Positions 13,478 to 27,551 are shown, counted from the first letter of the whole stretch. The stretch is 63,328 nt of DNA, filler included, from Reticulomyxa filosa (GCA_000512085.1; 16 parts of 16 records of this genome joined end to end with filler, not necessarily neighbours in it); one strand, 5' to 3'. Translations and numbers: made by a program. The notes: a model not told the origin generated them from the sequence alone.

Positions 13478-16400
13478 ATGAATTCTTTTCATTCTGCGTC
13501 AGGATCTTGGTCCCCAACAACAAAACAGATTCAAGAAGTGTTGGAATTGCTGCAATTGTTTGAGTCAAGTGACAATAAAAAACAATTGGAAGCATATCAT
13601 AGACTCGAGGAACTACAAAAAGATGATCAATTTGCGGCATGTTGTGCACGAGTATTTATGGAAACACCACAAAAAGAGGAAATTCGGCAAAGAGCAGGGC
13701 TGTTAATGAAAACATGTCTGGAGCAGAGATCGTCGGAAATGCCCACCGCCATTCTTCGGGCATGTCAGGAAATGATACTCAAATGTGTCCCCGATCCAAG
13801 TGATTGCATCCGTCGAGCTGCAGCCGTAGTTTTGAGACCAACATACATTAAAATGTAAAAATAAAAAACAACAATCATTGAAATAAACAGACAATAGTCG
13901 CAATGGTCCGAAAGCAAGGATTGTCAGAATGGCCAAATTTGCTTGAGAGTTTGCTCAATTTACTGAAGCAGTACAGCGACGCTGATCATATCATAAATCG
14001 ATTGGGAGTCATTTATACCTTTGATCTCTTATTAGAAGGTATATCTATTGTTTTTTTCTTCCTCTCTTTCCCCCTTGTGCCCCTCATGTGAACCAATTCG
14101 AGTGTCATTTGTTCGCTTGCTCACAACTCATTTTTTTCTCCTTTGCTTTGGTTTTTTGTGTTACTGTGATGGCGTATTGAAAAGATATTGGAGAAGAAAT
14201 AGTCCACCACAAGTGCAGTGAGCCGATATTGCGAGGGCTGTTCCATTTTGTACGAGAAAAAGATTTGGGCATTCGCGGCAAATGCTTAAGTGCATTGCTA
14301 TCTTTTTTTCGATGCCAATCGCCACTATTGACGCACAAAATCGATACTTACATAAAAGTTTAGATATCAAGAATTTTATAATATTTGTATCGACTTTTTC
14401 ATTTCCATCCTTTTTTTTTACAATCACCTTCTGTTTTTTTTTTTAAAGCTAATTGTCGACTTAATAAAAGACCCACGTATGGATAATGATGTGGAAATGA
14501 TACTTTGTGATACGTTGATAATCACAATGATTCAATATTGGAATTTGTATAATTTATACGTATGTGACATATTTAACTTTATGCTAAAGTGTACTGAATC
14601 TGAGAATGACCCTTGTGCAATGCAAGCAATCGAGTTTTGGTCGTTTTATGCCAATGACTCGGACAAAGATCAAACAGTATTGCAAAATTTTTTGCCCAAA
14701 TTATGTCCGGTTTTGCTTCAAAGAATATGTTATACCCCTTCGTTGCTGGAGTTCTTCGACCCCGAGTCAGACGATTGCAGTAAGGCCATGGACAAAGAAG
14801 AAGACATCAAACCAATTCATTACCATGGGAGATCTGATGGCCCAAAGCATCCCAAAATGTCTTTTTTTTTATTTTACTAAAAAAAGAGAAGTGAGAAGGA
14901 AAAATAATTAATTATTGGCACTATCAACAAATATGCACGTGTTGCGTTTTGAACAGTGACCAAGAAATTGATGAAGGTGACACGAAATGGAACGTTCGCA
15001 AGGCTTCAATGTGTGCATTGGAATCTTTGACAAAATGTCCTGATTTGGCACAGTCGCTGTTGAAACAAGTTGGCCCATTGATTATCACTTACTTGAAATC
15101 TTCAAATTATTTAGTTAGCTTCTTTTTTTTCCTTATACCGTTTTTGTTCTTTGTGTTTATTGTAATGTCGTTGTCCCCTACAATTCTGAACAGGAACGCG
15201 AGGCTGGATTATTTACCTTTGGTGCACTTTGCGCCAATGGATTCGAGCTCGTCGCTCCTCAATTACCTAAAATGGTGCCTTATATATTACAGCAACTGAA
15301 TGATAAATATGTTTTAGTGGTGTCGATAGCCTGTTGGACGATCCCCAAAGTGGCTCCCTGGTTTCAATGTGATGATGTTTGGTGATTTTTCTGCATATCT
15401 TTTATGGAATATTACTTGTAACCAAGAATTTTTTGATGACCAAAAGAATGGCAACAATAACAACAAACAAATAAAAAAAAAACAAACAAAAAAACAAGGA
15501 AAACAAAAAAAAGAAAATGTGTGGGATAGGGGAAGCAATATTTTAAACCAAGTTTGATGGGACTGTTGTATTGCATGGGGAATAAATCAAAACGGGTGCA
15601 ACGTAGTGCGTGTAGTGCTCTGCTAGAACTAATAACGCAGTCGCGCCAAACAGAACATAGTTTGTCAAGCTTCGTGGAACCCACTGTGAACACATTTGCC
15701 AAAGGTTTAAAATTGTATCAGGTTATAAAACAATATACTTTCTTTTTCTGCGCAAGAGATTACATTTTATTGTGTCCAATTGTTAATTATGTAATTTCAT
15801 TGTGTTTTATTTTTTTTAATCAAACAGTTGGTAAACTTTTACCATTTAGTGGATGTGATAGCCTCTGTGTGTGAGATATGGTCGTTAGAAGAACGTGGAA
15901 AAATATTAGTTGAACCAAAGTTGATGGATGCATTGCTGCCACCTTTGCTGAAGCGTTGGATCGCTTCACAAACATCCATGTCTGTGTTTCCCATCATAGA
16001 GTGCTTGACCCAACTTGTCACATACATGGGTCCAGTCTCACATTTCCAACACACGTATGTGCAATCCATTTTTGAGCAGGCGTTACAACTGGGATGTTGG
16101 GTCAATAATGAGCAAACGAAATTTGTATGTACAATAGTCCTTTGTTATTTGTTTTGCAAGAACAAAAAGATTTTCTTTGCAATAAATATATACATTAAAC
16201 AAATTACTTTGAAGGAAGGATAAACAAATGTAACAAAAAAACGCTCAAAAACATATAGAACAATGAAATGAAATCAGGCCAAGAAAAATTGGATGAATCG
16301 ACTTTAACAGATCCCCCAAATCCAGATTATTGGCTGTCATCTCTCGATTTGTTGGCTATTTTGTGTGAAAAAACGCAACCACAATTTACGAAGTTAGCGT

Positions 16401-17289
16401 TTGGAAAGTCTGCAGATCAGCCCAAATTACTGGATGTGTTGCATTGCGCAATAGTAGAATCACATCCCTTGGTGAAGAGAAATGCGCTGACACTGTTTGG
16501 AAATCTCATTGTTCATTGCACTGACCATATTGATCCATATGCAGGCAAGTTCATGCCACTGTGCATCGAAAATTTAAATCCACATAACGATATTGTCTTC
16601 GCCAGTGCCAATTGGTGTGTTCTGGTGGCCCTAGAAAAGTACAAATCGAAAATGAATATTTATGGCAAAGTTTAGACCACTCGGCATGAACACATATACG
16701 ACCTAAAAAAAAACAACCAATCAAACAAATATTAACACAAATTTGACGACTATAGAAAATCCTGGGGCAATTGGTGCTTACTTTAAAGTCAGATGATAAA
16801 GCGATTAAACATCTGGTAAAATCCAATGCGGCTATTTCATTGGCACGATTAATTGAAACCTTTCCAAATGAAACATCTAAGTTGTGGGATAAATTTGGTG
16901 TAGATTGGATACTGGCTTTAACATTGGTCCCGGAAAATAAAGAGAAAGAAATGGCATTTCAAGTTCTACTTGACGTCATTTCGACTAATCCAAAAACTGT
17001 GGTTGATCACAAACAGCTTTTACATGCATTTTTTTGTGCCATTTGCTCTTGGAACAATCCTTCTCAAATACTGCAGAAAGCTTTTGGCAAGGTTTGTGTT
17101 TTATATGTGAGATTTGAGTTTGGAAAACATGAAAAAGCTGAAGCCAAAAAGAAAACGCAAAAGGAATCAAACAATATAACATAGGTTCTACACTTACTTG
17201 AGAATGCTGCTGGCGGCAAGTGGGGATCAGTTCTTGACAGTATTGATGATACAAAAATAGTTACACAAATTCGTGACAAATTTCGTTAA
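13478..17289 (+). CDS. TNPO1: Transportin-1 / importin beta-2 (karyopherin beta-2), 11 exons
   Basis: IRQRAGLLMK, WPNLL, AIEFW, EEDIKP...WNVRKASMCALE, ACWTI, KRVQRSACSA, ANWC, NAAISLARL. Ten GT-AG introns reconstructed in frame from ATG 13478 to TAA 17289. Confidence 0.92.
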
Positions 17290-18604
17290 TGGCCATTCCT
17301 ACACAAAAATACGTCAATTTTTAAATTTCAATCGTGTGTGTTTTATCAAGGCTTTTGCAAGGAAAATTTTTTTGGTTGTGATGGCTGTTAGACATAACGC
17401 CATAAAAAAATTTTTTGCTGAACATGTAAACTAACACAGCGGACGGTAATAAGGGAATTTAGAAGTTTCAGTTTACACGTTTACACAATTGGGATTAAAC
17501 TATAAACTATTTTTCATAACTTGCAAAAGATCCCTGCTGCGCTATGTGAAGCCCTGGGTTTTTTGTTGGATAGGCGCGAATGGGCAAGTAAGGGCAACTT
17601 TTTTAAAATTTCAACTAAAAACATACAATGGATGGTATTTTTTTCCTTGTGGGCTAAAAAAGCCTTATGGCTGTGTTCTCACACTAATAAACAAAATTAT
17701 TACTTTTATTAGAGCATTGAAAATACATTTCTCAAAAATTTGAACGAAAAATTATAAAATTTACTTTCAGTTCCGACAACACTTTGAAAGCTATTGACAA
17801 GTTTGATAATCACTAAATATCATGTTGACCCTTGAAGTTGAAATCGTGGAGAAAATATATTGTTGGTGTTGCCATTCACCTCTAAGTCTTTAATAATGTA
17901 GGCCAATCAGAAAATGTTCAGTTTCTTTTTCATATCAACACATTTGCAATCTAGTGAATAAGCTCTTTTGATATCGAACAGTAGTCAATTCAATCACAAT
18001 TTACACGTAACTACTGTGCAAATATATCTGCACTCATAAACCTCCAATCGATACAAAATCTTTTCGAATGATTTAGCTTCAATCAGATTGCGCAAATATT
18101 GTCTGGAACACTTGTGTGGATATATTTTATTTACTTCATTTGTCCAACGATTTCATTATTCTGAAATTAAGTAATTATTCACATTTATCTGGTCTACTGA
18201 ACAATTTAGGATGATCGAATTTTTAATTGGTATCTTGATATTTTGTCAAAGCTTGCTAGTTCATTAGTAGTAATTACATATTGTCATTTGGTCCAATAAA
18301 TCTAATGAATTCTATTTTCTTCAAGTTTTTTCATCAACACTTGGCATTCTGCTATCGGGAAGTTGTACGTTTTTGAATTACATTTGTTGTGAATCGCATT
18401 TAAATCAAATTTACAATAAGAAAAATTTAACTATTTTATCTTTATACTGGTTTTGAACTTTTTAAAAAATTGTTGAATTCTTCGATTCCAATCTTGACAA
18501 TGTAGAAAATGTAAATCTCCAATTATCTTTAAATCACTTTTAATATCATGATTCAAAGAAAATACACAAAGATGAAATTAAAATTGAAGTGAAATGATAT
18601 TGAA

Positions 18605-18930
18605 GCAGATCAAGTGAAATACTTAGGACTAATTTCTGATAATCAAACGACATTACATTAACAAATTAACTATATTTATAGCATAACATTAAAGAAACTT
18701 GGATATTTAAATTCTGTGCTCATACAAAGGAATTTATATAGGCATATCTGTTAATTGAAATATGCTTGTGCATTCTGGAATAGAGTTGCAGAATCATACA
18801 AGAAAAGATTGGAATCCAAAGAATTACAGTATCTTGATGTATGAAAATCGACAGCATACGATACAGTTAATGTAATCTTACAGATGCTGCCATTGGAATT
18901 AAGAAGACGACAAGAAAAAATACAATTATT
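18605..18930 (+). mobile_element. Degenerate non-LTR (LINE) reverse transcriptase C-terminal remnant
   Basis: DQVKYLGLI, LKYACAFWN, KKRLE, MKSTAYDTVNVILQMLPLELRRRQ, interrupted by stops and frameshifts. Confidence 0.7.
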
Positions 18931-19443
18931 TATATATCACAATTTCTTCATCATTTGATGCCCATAATGATGCATTGTACAAACTTATTTAAGTTAATTC
19001 CAATTATCTTTTCATTTCCTTTTTATCATTTGTGTAAATGGATGTCCATATTGAATTTGATCTTGAATTGAATGCAATATATCATTGATATACAACAGGA
19101 ACAACATTGGAGAAAATATGGTCATTGTGGTACCCAAATTCAAACTTTCTTTCACTGGAATTGATCTTTGAATCTTGATGATTCCTTAAATAAATTTACA
19201 AACACTTGATAGCAATGCGATTGGCCTATGGTTTTTGCAATGGCTTGGGAATACAATCCAACATCATCCAAAAAATTCAATTTGTCATTTATATTAATCT
19301 TTGTCAAAAAAAGTTTATTTTGAAGGAAAAAACTTTTGAAGCTGCAAAATTATTCGTAATCTAAAAGAAATTTTGAAATTGAGATTAAAGATTTTGGTCG
19401 TCAAGAAAATTTTTTTATTATTATAGATGGGTCGCACATCACG

Positions 19444-19616
19444 TGTTGGACTACTATCTCGCTTCATCATCAACTTGCATTTCTTTTTTGCACTATTTAT
19501 ATGCACAAATTCAGGTCTTTCTAGTTAAAAGAACTCTTCTAAGAAATAGAACACAGTACTCAAAAAAGAAACATAAAAACAAAAGAAAGACACACAAAAT
19601 CTTACAATAACCAAAA
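19444..19616 (+). repeat. Dispersed repeat starting TGTTG (copy 1; LTR-like end)
   Basis: Shares TCTTTCTAGTTAAAAGA, TTCTAAGAAATAGAACACA and CACAAAA.CTTACAA..ACCAAAA with 34902-35050. Confidence 0.75.
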
Positions 19617-20871
19617 NNNNNNNNNNNNNNNNNNNNNNNNNNNNNNNNNNNNNNNNNNNNTTAATTAATTAANNNNNNNNNNNNNNNNNNNNNNNNNNNN
19701 NNNNNNNNNNNNNNNNTTCTTGGATTACCGAATAATCAAAAATGATAAAATGAAACAATTATTATAAAATAAAACATTATCATAGATACTAATTTGTTGA
19801 AGATGCTTTTCATGAAATGTAAAACATAATACAAAACTTATTGATCAATAAATGTTATGTTTGCATATTCATTTTTGTATTGAAAGTTGTAATGTTCTTT
19901 CAACAATGTATGTTTTGTTTTTCATTGTATTAACCTTAGCTAAAAAGTTTTGCTTAAGATTTTGCTTAATATAAAGAATATACATGTTCCGGCGCCACCA
20001 GAATTAATGCTACTAATTGAATGACAGTTGCTTTTATAAGTTTGTTCTTAAACAAAAAAAAATAAAAAATTGTGGATGAAATAAATGAGTAATTTTACTT
20101 GAACAACAAAGCATTAATTACAATTGGTTTTTTTATTTTCCAAAAATAACTTGATGTTTTTTCTACTTCAAAAATCCTTCATTTTTCTTAAAAATAAACA
20201 CACAACGTTTCATCAAATTTGTCAAGACATTACTGTCACTAACGATTACTTTCAAATTTTAAACAATTCAAAGAAATAAATTATCTTTATCATCGTTTTT
20301 TCACAGGGAATTATCGTTTTTGATTTAGCATTAACGTTGTTTTACTTTGCTTGTTTTGTAATCACAAAACATTTTCGTGTAAATTTCAATATACCATAAA
20401 ACTAGCTAAGCTTTTTCAATCCTGTTTTTTTTTTACAATTTCGACTTAATAAAAATCAGGATTTGAAGTACATATGATAGTAAAAGTTAGTAGTTAGTTA
20501 ATTGCAGAAATTACTTTTTTTACAAATTTTAATGCACGAACTAATTGTGCTTACCACACCATTTAATTTGGAGATTTCTTCTTCTAATTTTTTAATTCTT
20601 TTACTTTGTTTTTTATTTTCACGTGTTAGTGTTTCCATTGTGACTGCAACAGAAGGCGATAACAAATTTTGAATTCTACTTTCAAAATTTTCTAAACGAT
20701 TAGCAATATGACTTCAACCTTTGCAATAATCTTCATTTATATCGAATGGATGGTGTTGATAATTAGGGCCACTTGATGATGTTGTTCATTAAGTGCCACT
20801 TGAATACGTTGGTCATCAGGTGCCACTTGCTTCAAAAAAATAGTGCTAATTGATTCTTGATTTAAATATCT

Positions 20872-21508
20872 TTACATTTCCATTTTAAGTATGGTAATTA
20901 ATAATACGTTTGCTGGACTGTATTGTATCATTACGTCATTTGTTTTTGAAGAAAACCCAAACATTTTGTTTTCCGGTAAAAGGTATGTTACGCGAACGGA
21001 ACTCACTATCGATAAATCCAGTTGCTTTTTGCTAATAACGCCGGGATTTTCACCAAAATTAACTAAAAGCTGAGGAAATTCAGAAATTGCAGAAAAGCAT
21101 TTTTCCCATTGATCAACATTGTATGACAGAAATATATTGTATTTATATTCTTGTAACATGGCAGCAGTTGGTTTGGAATAAGATCTTTGACAATGACGAT
21201 GGATTTTAATATAACAGCATTTTTTGTTTTTGACACAAAAACAAGTTTTCTCTAGCAGCTACAGAACTCTGGTATTGAGTAGAGAAATGATCATTTTGGA
21301 ACAGGGGACCGGGATTGTATCGAGAAAATTCTGCGGAGATGGCGATATTAATTGGACTAACAGAAAAATTAATAATACAATCAGGAATCTGACGAATAAA
21401 CATATGATAATTTTTTATTTCTTCAAGTAACATTGCTTTGATTTCTTGTGTGTCTTTTTGCAGAATACATTCTAGTTTTATCAAAATAAATAAACAAATC
21501 ATTATCAA
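20872..21508 (-). pseudogene. Broken ORF pair, unassigned degenerate coding sequence
   Basis: Two adjacent ORFs of about 100 aa in different frames. No recognisable domain. Confidence 0.25.
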
Positions 21509-21669
21509 TTGTGAACATCACATACGCAATTTAGCCTTCGTGTGAGTTGATAGTGTTATCTTTTGGCAGACATTCTAAACATTCATGATAAAATATGTTA
21601 ACACAACAACACAAAATCTTTCAAGAGCAATCACTACTAAAATAATTCCTTTCAATTTCATTAACAATC

Positions 21670-21856
21670 TGTAGGGTAAAATTCTATCATAAATATCTGA
21701 ACCTCAAGGAAATAAAAAGTCCCCGTTAGGTTAAACTTCCTCAACAGCATACTTCGCACTTTCTTACTTTTCTTTTGTTATCTTGTTTAATTATTTAAAT
21801 TACTTTCGGTTTACAAAACTTCGCTTCTCTTCTAAGTAAACACATATCGCATTACA
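21670..21856 (+). mobile_element. Solo LTR-like element (TGTAG...TTACA, 187 bp)
   Basis: TG...CA termini. Aligns by eye with 45556-45736 (TGTAGGG, TAGGTTAAACTTC.TCAACA, CTTTTCTTTTGTTATCTTGTTT, ATTACTTTCG.TTTAC). No clear TSD. Confidence 0.65.
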
Positions 21857-22285
21857 GTTAATGCACCAATACTATCAGCAAACGTCCCATAAATCAAACT
21901 ATGCATGCAAATTTTTAAAAAAAGGAAAGTAAGGAAAAAGCGAAAAAGAAAAAGTTAAATCAGGCGGCACCTTCAGGAACATCGTGGCGCCACCCGAACT
22001 AACCTTTTCTAACAAAACAGACATATTCTTTTAGTGTGAACAGCGTAGATTATTTTAGGACCATTCCGGTCTTTCTACGACGTTTCTACACNNNNNNNNN
22101 NNNNNNNNNNNNNNNNNNNNNNNNNNNNNNNNNNNTTAATTAATTAANNNNNNNNNNNNNNNNNNNNNNNNNNNNNNNNNNNNNNNNNNNNATATACATA
22201 TACATATATATATATATATGTATATGTATTTATAATGCATGAATTACAAGCTTTCCCCTCCTCTCCCTTCGTCTGAGTTGCAATG

Positions 22286-22691
22286 CTAACCATTTGTGTG
22301 CTGGATCCCAACATGTGATCCTTTATACACTACTTGACGACTTTGCCCAATTTCCAAAAAGCCTATCACACTCCCTGCAATTAGCAAGCCCAGGATCATT
22401 ATTCCTATCACTGCGCTTGACTCTTTGCAGTTCTCATCACTCTCCTCCAAATATGCTTGAATGCGACGTCGCACATCTACTGCACTAATCCTCTCTTGCT
22501 TTTGGTCATCATCATTTTTCTTCTTCTTCTTCTTCGTCCGTGCCGCCGTTGCTGTCCTCTTCTTCATCGTCTTGCGGCAATAATTGCGCTCCTGTTGCAT
22601 TTACACGAGTTCCGGATTTTGATGGCACAAAAGATTGAGTCTCATGTGCAGCTGCTACTTCCGGCTTTGGCAATAATTTTCCAAGATTCAT
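22286..22691 (-). CDS. First exon of a probable single-pass (type II) membrane protein
   Basis: MNLGKLLP..., an acidic tract, then hydrophobic AVIGIMILGLLIAGSVIGFL. One extra A near 22515 splits it into two ORFs. Truncated by the contig end. Confidence 0.55.
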
Positions 22692-22959
22692 TTTTTTTTT
22701 AAATGTGCACTGAAAACTTTTTCCAAAAAAAAAAAAAATGTTATTATTTGTTTGCTGCTCTCGAACAGATGCTTCTTCTGCACACGATTTTAAAAAATCA
22801 ATAAAGTGCTCCGACCTTTGAGTTTGCTTTAAAATGACAAAATATCTCCGAACTTTGGGTTTTGCTGCTGACGGTCCTGCCAAAAAAAAATATTTTGAAA
22901 TTTGTCTTCAAATACATTGCCTTAATAACAAATTTAGGAAATCAATAATAAATTCCAAC

Positions 22960-23313
22960 ATGCCACAAAAGACAGCCAAAGATTTGAAAAAATTGAAAGA
23001 AGACAAACAAGACTTAGAAAACGAGTTGAAGCTGCTTGACGACTCGGAGAAGCCGGAAGAAGCAGCGAAAGAGGTAATTGAATATGTGCTGAAAAGCAAA
23101 GAGCCATTGTTGGAAGAAGAAAATCCATTTCGACCAAACAATCACAACTGTGTCATGTTTCGTGTCAAAACAACTGTGCATATCTGTTTTATTTATATCC
23201 ACGTATATGTATATGTGGATATTTATTTATTTTTTTTTTTATGGCTTTCACTAAACAATAAATAAATCAAAAAAATTAAAAAATAAATAATGGGTATTAT
23301 TTATAGACTGTGA
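22960..23313 (+). CDS. Heterotrimeric G-protein gamma subunit (67 aa, C-terminus CVIL)
   Basis: GGL-type pattern (EAAKEVIEYV...KEPLL...ENPF). Exon 1 is 22960-23156, intron 23157-23306 (GT...TAG, the first AG after the donor), exon 2 is 23307-23313 (A CTG TGA). Confidence 0.85.
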
Positions 23314-24315
23314 AAAGGCTAATGTGACAAAAAAAATATATATGCGCGAAAGAAGAGGAAAGTAGGAGGGAAAAAACGAGCTTTTGTGTGTGTTGTGGAC
23401 TTGCTTACAATGCCTTCCGAGAGTAAGGAAGGTTCAAAAAGGCATTGATAGCTAGCGCAAACACGCAAAGGGGGAGAGGAGATATTAAAAAAAAAAAAAA
23501 AAAAATTAATTGTTTTGTCTCCATTGTTTTGTGATTGCCCGTTTTTTTTTATTTGTTGCATGTTGCTTCTCTTTGTTAGATTGGTTGATGTTTTATGTTT
23601 CATATTTATATCCTTATCATCAAAACAGTTGTATATTTGTTTTTGTTTAATCTTTGGATTGTTGATTTGTTTTTCAAAATGCACAAGGACCTTTTTATCA
23701 TTATTCATTTGTGTTTCTTGCTTTTTTTTTGAGTTTTTGATTTTGGTTTAGTTTCAAGTTGGTTTTTTAGATACTTGGAAAAACGAAAAAAACGGTTTGA
23801 TCTAAAGTGTGGCTCTATAAAATTAAAGCAAACTTCTTGCTAATAAAAAGAAGTTCGAAAATCAAGCTAGTTATTTTTTTAAACGAACCCCCCTTTTCTC
23901 TACCTTTTTTTTTTTTTTTTACAAACCTTGACAAATCTGCCATAATTCCAAAACAACAACAAATCAACATCAATATCAAAATCAAACAAAACAAACATAC
24001 ACAAAAAAATCCCCAACAACGAAGAGTGCTGTTGAGCATAGGCACCAATAAGATTAATTATACACAATTGACAAAAAAAAAAAACAGCAAAACTATCTTT
24101 TCAAACAACACCACAACAAACAAAACAAAAGTTGTGATACACAAGAAGATTTTTTATTTGAATAATAAGAAAAAAAACCCAAGCGATTGAAAAAAAGCAA
24201 TTTCTAAGCCAAACAACAAAACAAAAGTAATCAAGCAAGAAAATTATCTTTTGGATAACAGATGAGACCAATCAAAACGCCTCTTCTTTATTGATCCTTT
24301 TTGATTCTTTGTTTG

Positions 24316-24820
24316 TCAAAGACTATTAAGAAACAGAGGCATTGCATATACAAAAAACACAAACAGCCAACCCTCTTCTGCACATTGTGCATTTATGCGT
24401 CGATTAAGGACATTGTCAAAAACGACCCGTTGTTGTGACAATGTTCTCAACATAGAATCAAACAATGGATTTAATCGACCAATTTTTATTGGTTCGTCTC
24501 TCCATTGGTTTGATTTGCACGTGTATGTGTATGTATACCTTTGTGCAGATATGTATATATCTGTACATATTTAACACATGCATATATACATATATGTGTA
24601 TATGCTTATTTTCTTTTGTTTACATGATACACTGACAACACCCATCATTGGGGCGGTAAGGGTTTTCATCATTGAGGAGTGGTTCCTTGTTTGCAATTAT
24701 GTATTCCATAATTTGTTGGGCTGCAAGCTCAGGATTTTCTGCAGCTTCCAGTAGTTCCAGTTCACGAAGCAGATCCTTATGTTCTTGCTCCGTTTTTTTC
24801 AATTCTAGTTCTTGATTCAT
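24316..24820 (-). CDS. Heterotrimeric G-protein gamma subunit paralogue (67 aa, C-terminus CCQCIIL)
   Basis: LAAQQIMEYI...KEPLL..ENPY. Exon 1 is 24820-24624, intron 24623-24323 (GT...TAG), exon 2 is 24322-24316 (T CTT TGA). Confidence 0.82.
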
Positions 24821-27551
24821 TTTTATTTCCTTTCAGTGATATTACAAATTTGGTCCAAGAATTTATCAACACTATGTCTCTCTTTTTTTTTTCTTTTTGT
24901 CTTCCCCTTCTTCTCCAGAAGTAGTTCTCAAAGAAAAATATCTTCCTATAAATTATACACTTTTTCTTTTTTAAAATGTATTTTAACTTGATTAGAAATT
25001 GTAAATGTGTTATACGTTCGCATCGTCTTAATAGTTTGGCAAGTAACATTTTATTTGTAATATTCACAGTGATGAAACAAAGCGTTCTTTGCGCAGAATT
25101 TACCACAACAAAAAAAAATGAAATAAAACTTTGTAATAGTATTCCGTTTGGTACTTATCCCATCGTTAAAAAAAACTTTTGATGTTAATCATAACAACCT
25201 AAGCAACAAGTACACAAAAAACGAAACACACTAGCGTGCAAAGGATCGTTTTTGCTGGCCAAAAGTTAGCAAATGTTTTGTTAAACATTTCCGACAATTT
25301 TTAAATTAGAATTGTTAAAGTTTGGGTAAAAATGTGCCCATGACGAGTAACAAGATCTAATTTTTTAAATCATGTTGATCCAAGAAGGTAGAGAAAATTT
25401 ATGGGTTAGGGAAGACTAAAAGCAAAGAAGTCAACATCCCAACAAAGTTGTTTTCAAAAGTTGTCTTTGTATTCATCAAAATTTTGATTTTGGATAAAAA
25501 TTTTCTTGAGTGATGTGTTGATGGAAACCGGATGTGTAATGGTTACGTGCCAAACCTTCTTTGTTGCACATTTCCAACGTGCTGTGTTTTGAACTCGAGT
25601 ACTTTGCCGAGTGAAAATAGTTTTTATGTTTCAAGAAAACACAGGACAAAAAGAATTCGTTAAGCTTGTGACGCAAACGCTTTGGCTTAAGGAAAAAGGG
25701 GAGAGGGTAAAAAAGCGAGTTTTTTTTTTTTAAGTTGCGGATATACAAACATGTCATTTAGTAGTGTTGCTGTTCGTTGTGACGAAGCATTACATGTTTT
25801 TAGATTTTTGGTATTCCTGCCGTATATGTTGTACGTCTTTTATTGGTACCATAGATTGCAGCACAGTATGTGTCCGTTTCCAAAAAAAAAAACTTAAAAA
25901 AAAAGGCATGTTTTGTTGTTTCTTAGTCGAATATCTGAAAAGACGACAGCCAATGACGTGCGAATGCTTATTTGCACTTTGGGGTATCTATTTATGCAGT
26001 TAACTTGTAACAGTTTTTTTTATTTTCCCAAAAAAAAAAAAAAAATATGTTGAAAAGAGTGTACGCGCTTACATTAAAACAATAAGACCCCCAAAAANNN
26101 NNNNNNNNNNNNNNNNNNNNNNNNNNNNNNNNNNNNNNNNNTTAATTAATTAANNNNNNNNNNNNNNNNNNNNNNNNNNNNNNNNNNNNNNNNNNNNATA
26201 ATGTGTATACATGCGAAAATTATTAATCGTATACATAAGACCGCACGTGGTATAGTAGCATTAGTGATAGCGTGGACTCTAATGAAGTTGTATGAACAAT
26301 AATATTATATGTTGAACCAAATTGTTATCATTGTAAGGATAATATTATGGAACCACTGGAGTGTTATCAAGTACGCAAACGTTCTAAACAATATTATCGC
26401 AATTGATCAAGCAATGTAAAGAAGATAACTTGCAAAAGCTTTATAATTGCTTTTACCATTACTCAACAGCAACTGCGAAAGATGCTTAGACAAGCCTAAC
26501 AATTCATCGAAGTTTAGAGCAGCCACACTAAATGTATCAAACTGGCGGCTTGTGATAAATATACAAAGCATTTAAAGCATTATCGCTTAGCCAGTCCATT
26601 AAGTACAACGACATTACAGTGAACCAAATACAGCAAAATCACACATATAAAGTCCAAATGACGAATGTTTTTAATTTTGTTTTGAGTTTTTGACAAATTA
26701 GTATATTTAATTTTATAATTTAAACAAAAAGCGCAATGCTCAGTATTCATTTTAAATATTTTTTAATGAATTTTATCATTTACTTCATTATTTATCTTGC
26801 AGATATGCTTAACTTCTTTTGAAGCCAAATTATGATGCAACATTTATTAAATTTTGACCTTTTAATTTTGAAATTAACTTTAAATGCTTGGTTTGATAAT
26901 TTTTAAAGGTATTTACTCCAATCACTTTCAGGCAAATTTATCTTTGTTTCATCAAAAAAAATCATTTCATGCAATAATTTAAAATTTGATCTTTAAGTAG
27001 GTTTTAAATATGAAGATTGCATTAATGTTTATATCTTTTAATTTAGCTTTTTCTTAGCAATTGCAATAAAACAATTTCAAATGGCCAAACTTTAAAATGA
27101 CAACTAAAAATTTTAAAAAACAATCAAACACATAAAAAAAAAGGAATCTCATATTTAAAAACTACAAGGTTTGCATATATTAAAAAAAATTAAAATAAAT
27201 GTTTATTTTTCATTTAGAAAATCGATTCTCTTCATAAGTTTGCCACTTATGTATTGTAGCTTTTTCTGCAATTTACAATAGTATTATTTAATAATTCAAG
27301 TTTATCACATATTCCTTTAATCGCAGAAGCTACGTGCGCCTGGCACCCCGACAGCTACAAAGTTTTTGACAATATGGCTTAGTTAATAGCTTATAAAGAA
27401 AGCAAAAAAATTAGTTTTTATGTCATTGAGTATTGCACTCCATAAAGGAAATGCGCTGGCATTTTATGCACACTACAAATAATTCATCAGACTAAGCTTT
27501 GTTCTAGAAGAAACTATAATTAAATTTCGATTTTTGTCTTGTAGGAAGATT

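Noticed and set aside
22505-22525. AAA-TGA at a frameshift, resembling Euplotes-type +1 programmed frameshifting; other shifts at about 1829, 2995, 3620-3670, 59745, 62780 and 62950
   Set aside because: The shifts vary in direction, mostly fall in homopolymers and also occur in the bacterial contig. 454 homopolymer error explains them more simply. Raw reads would decide.
24620-24640. Apparent non-canonical prenylation motif CCQCIM* in the ORF track
   Set aside because: Splicing at the same position as the paralogue yields canonical CIIL. CIM* arises only if the intron is retained.
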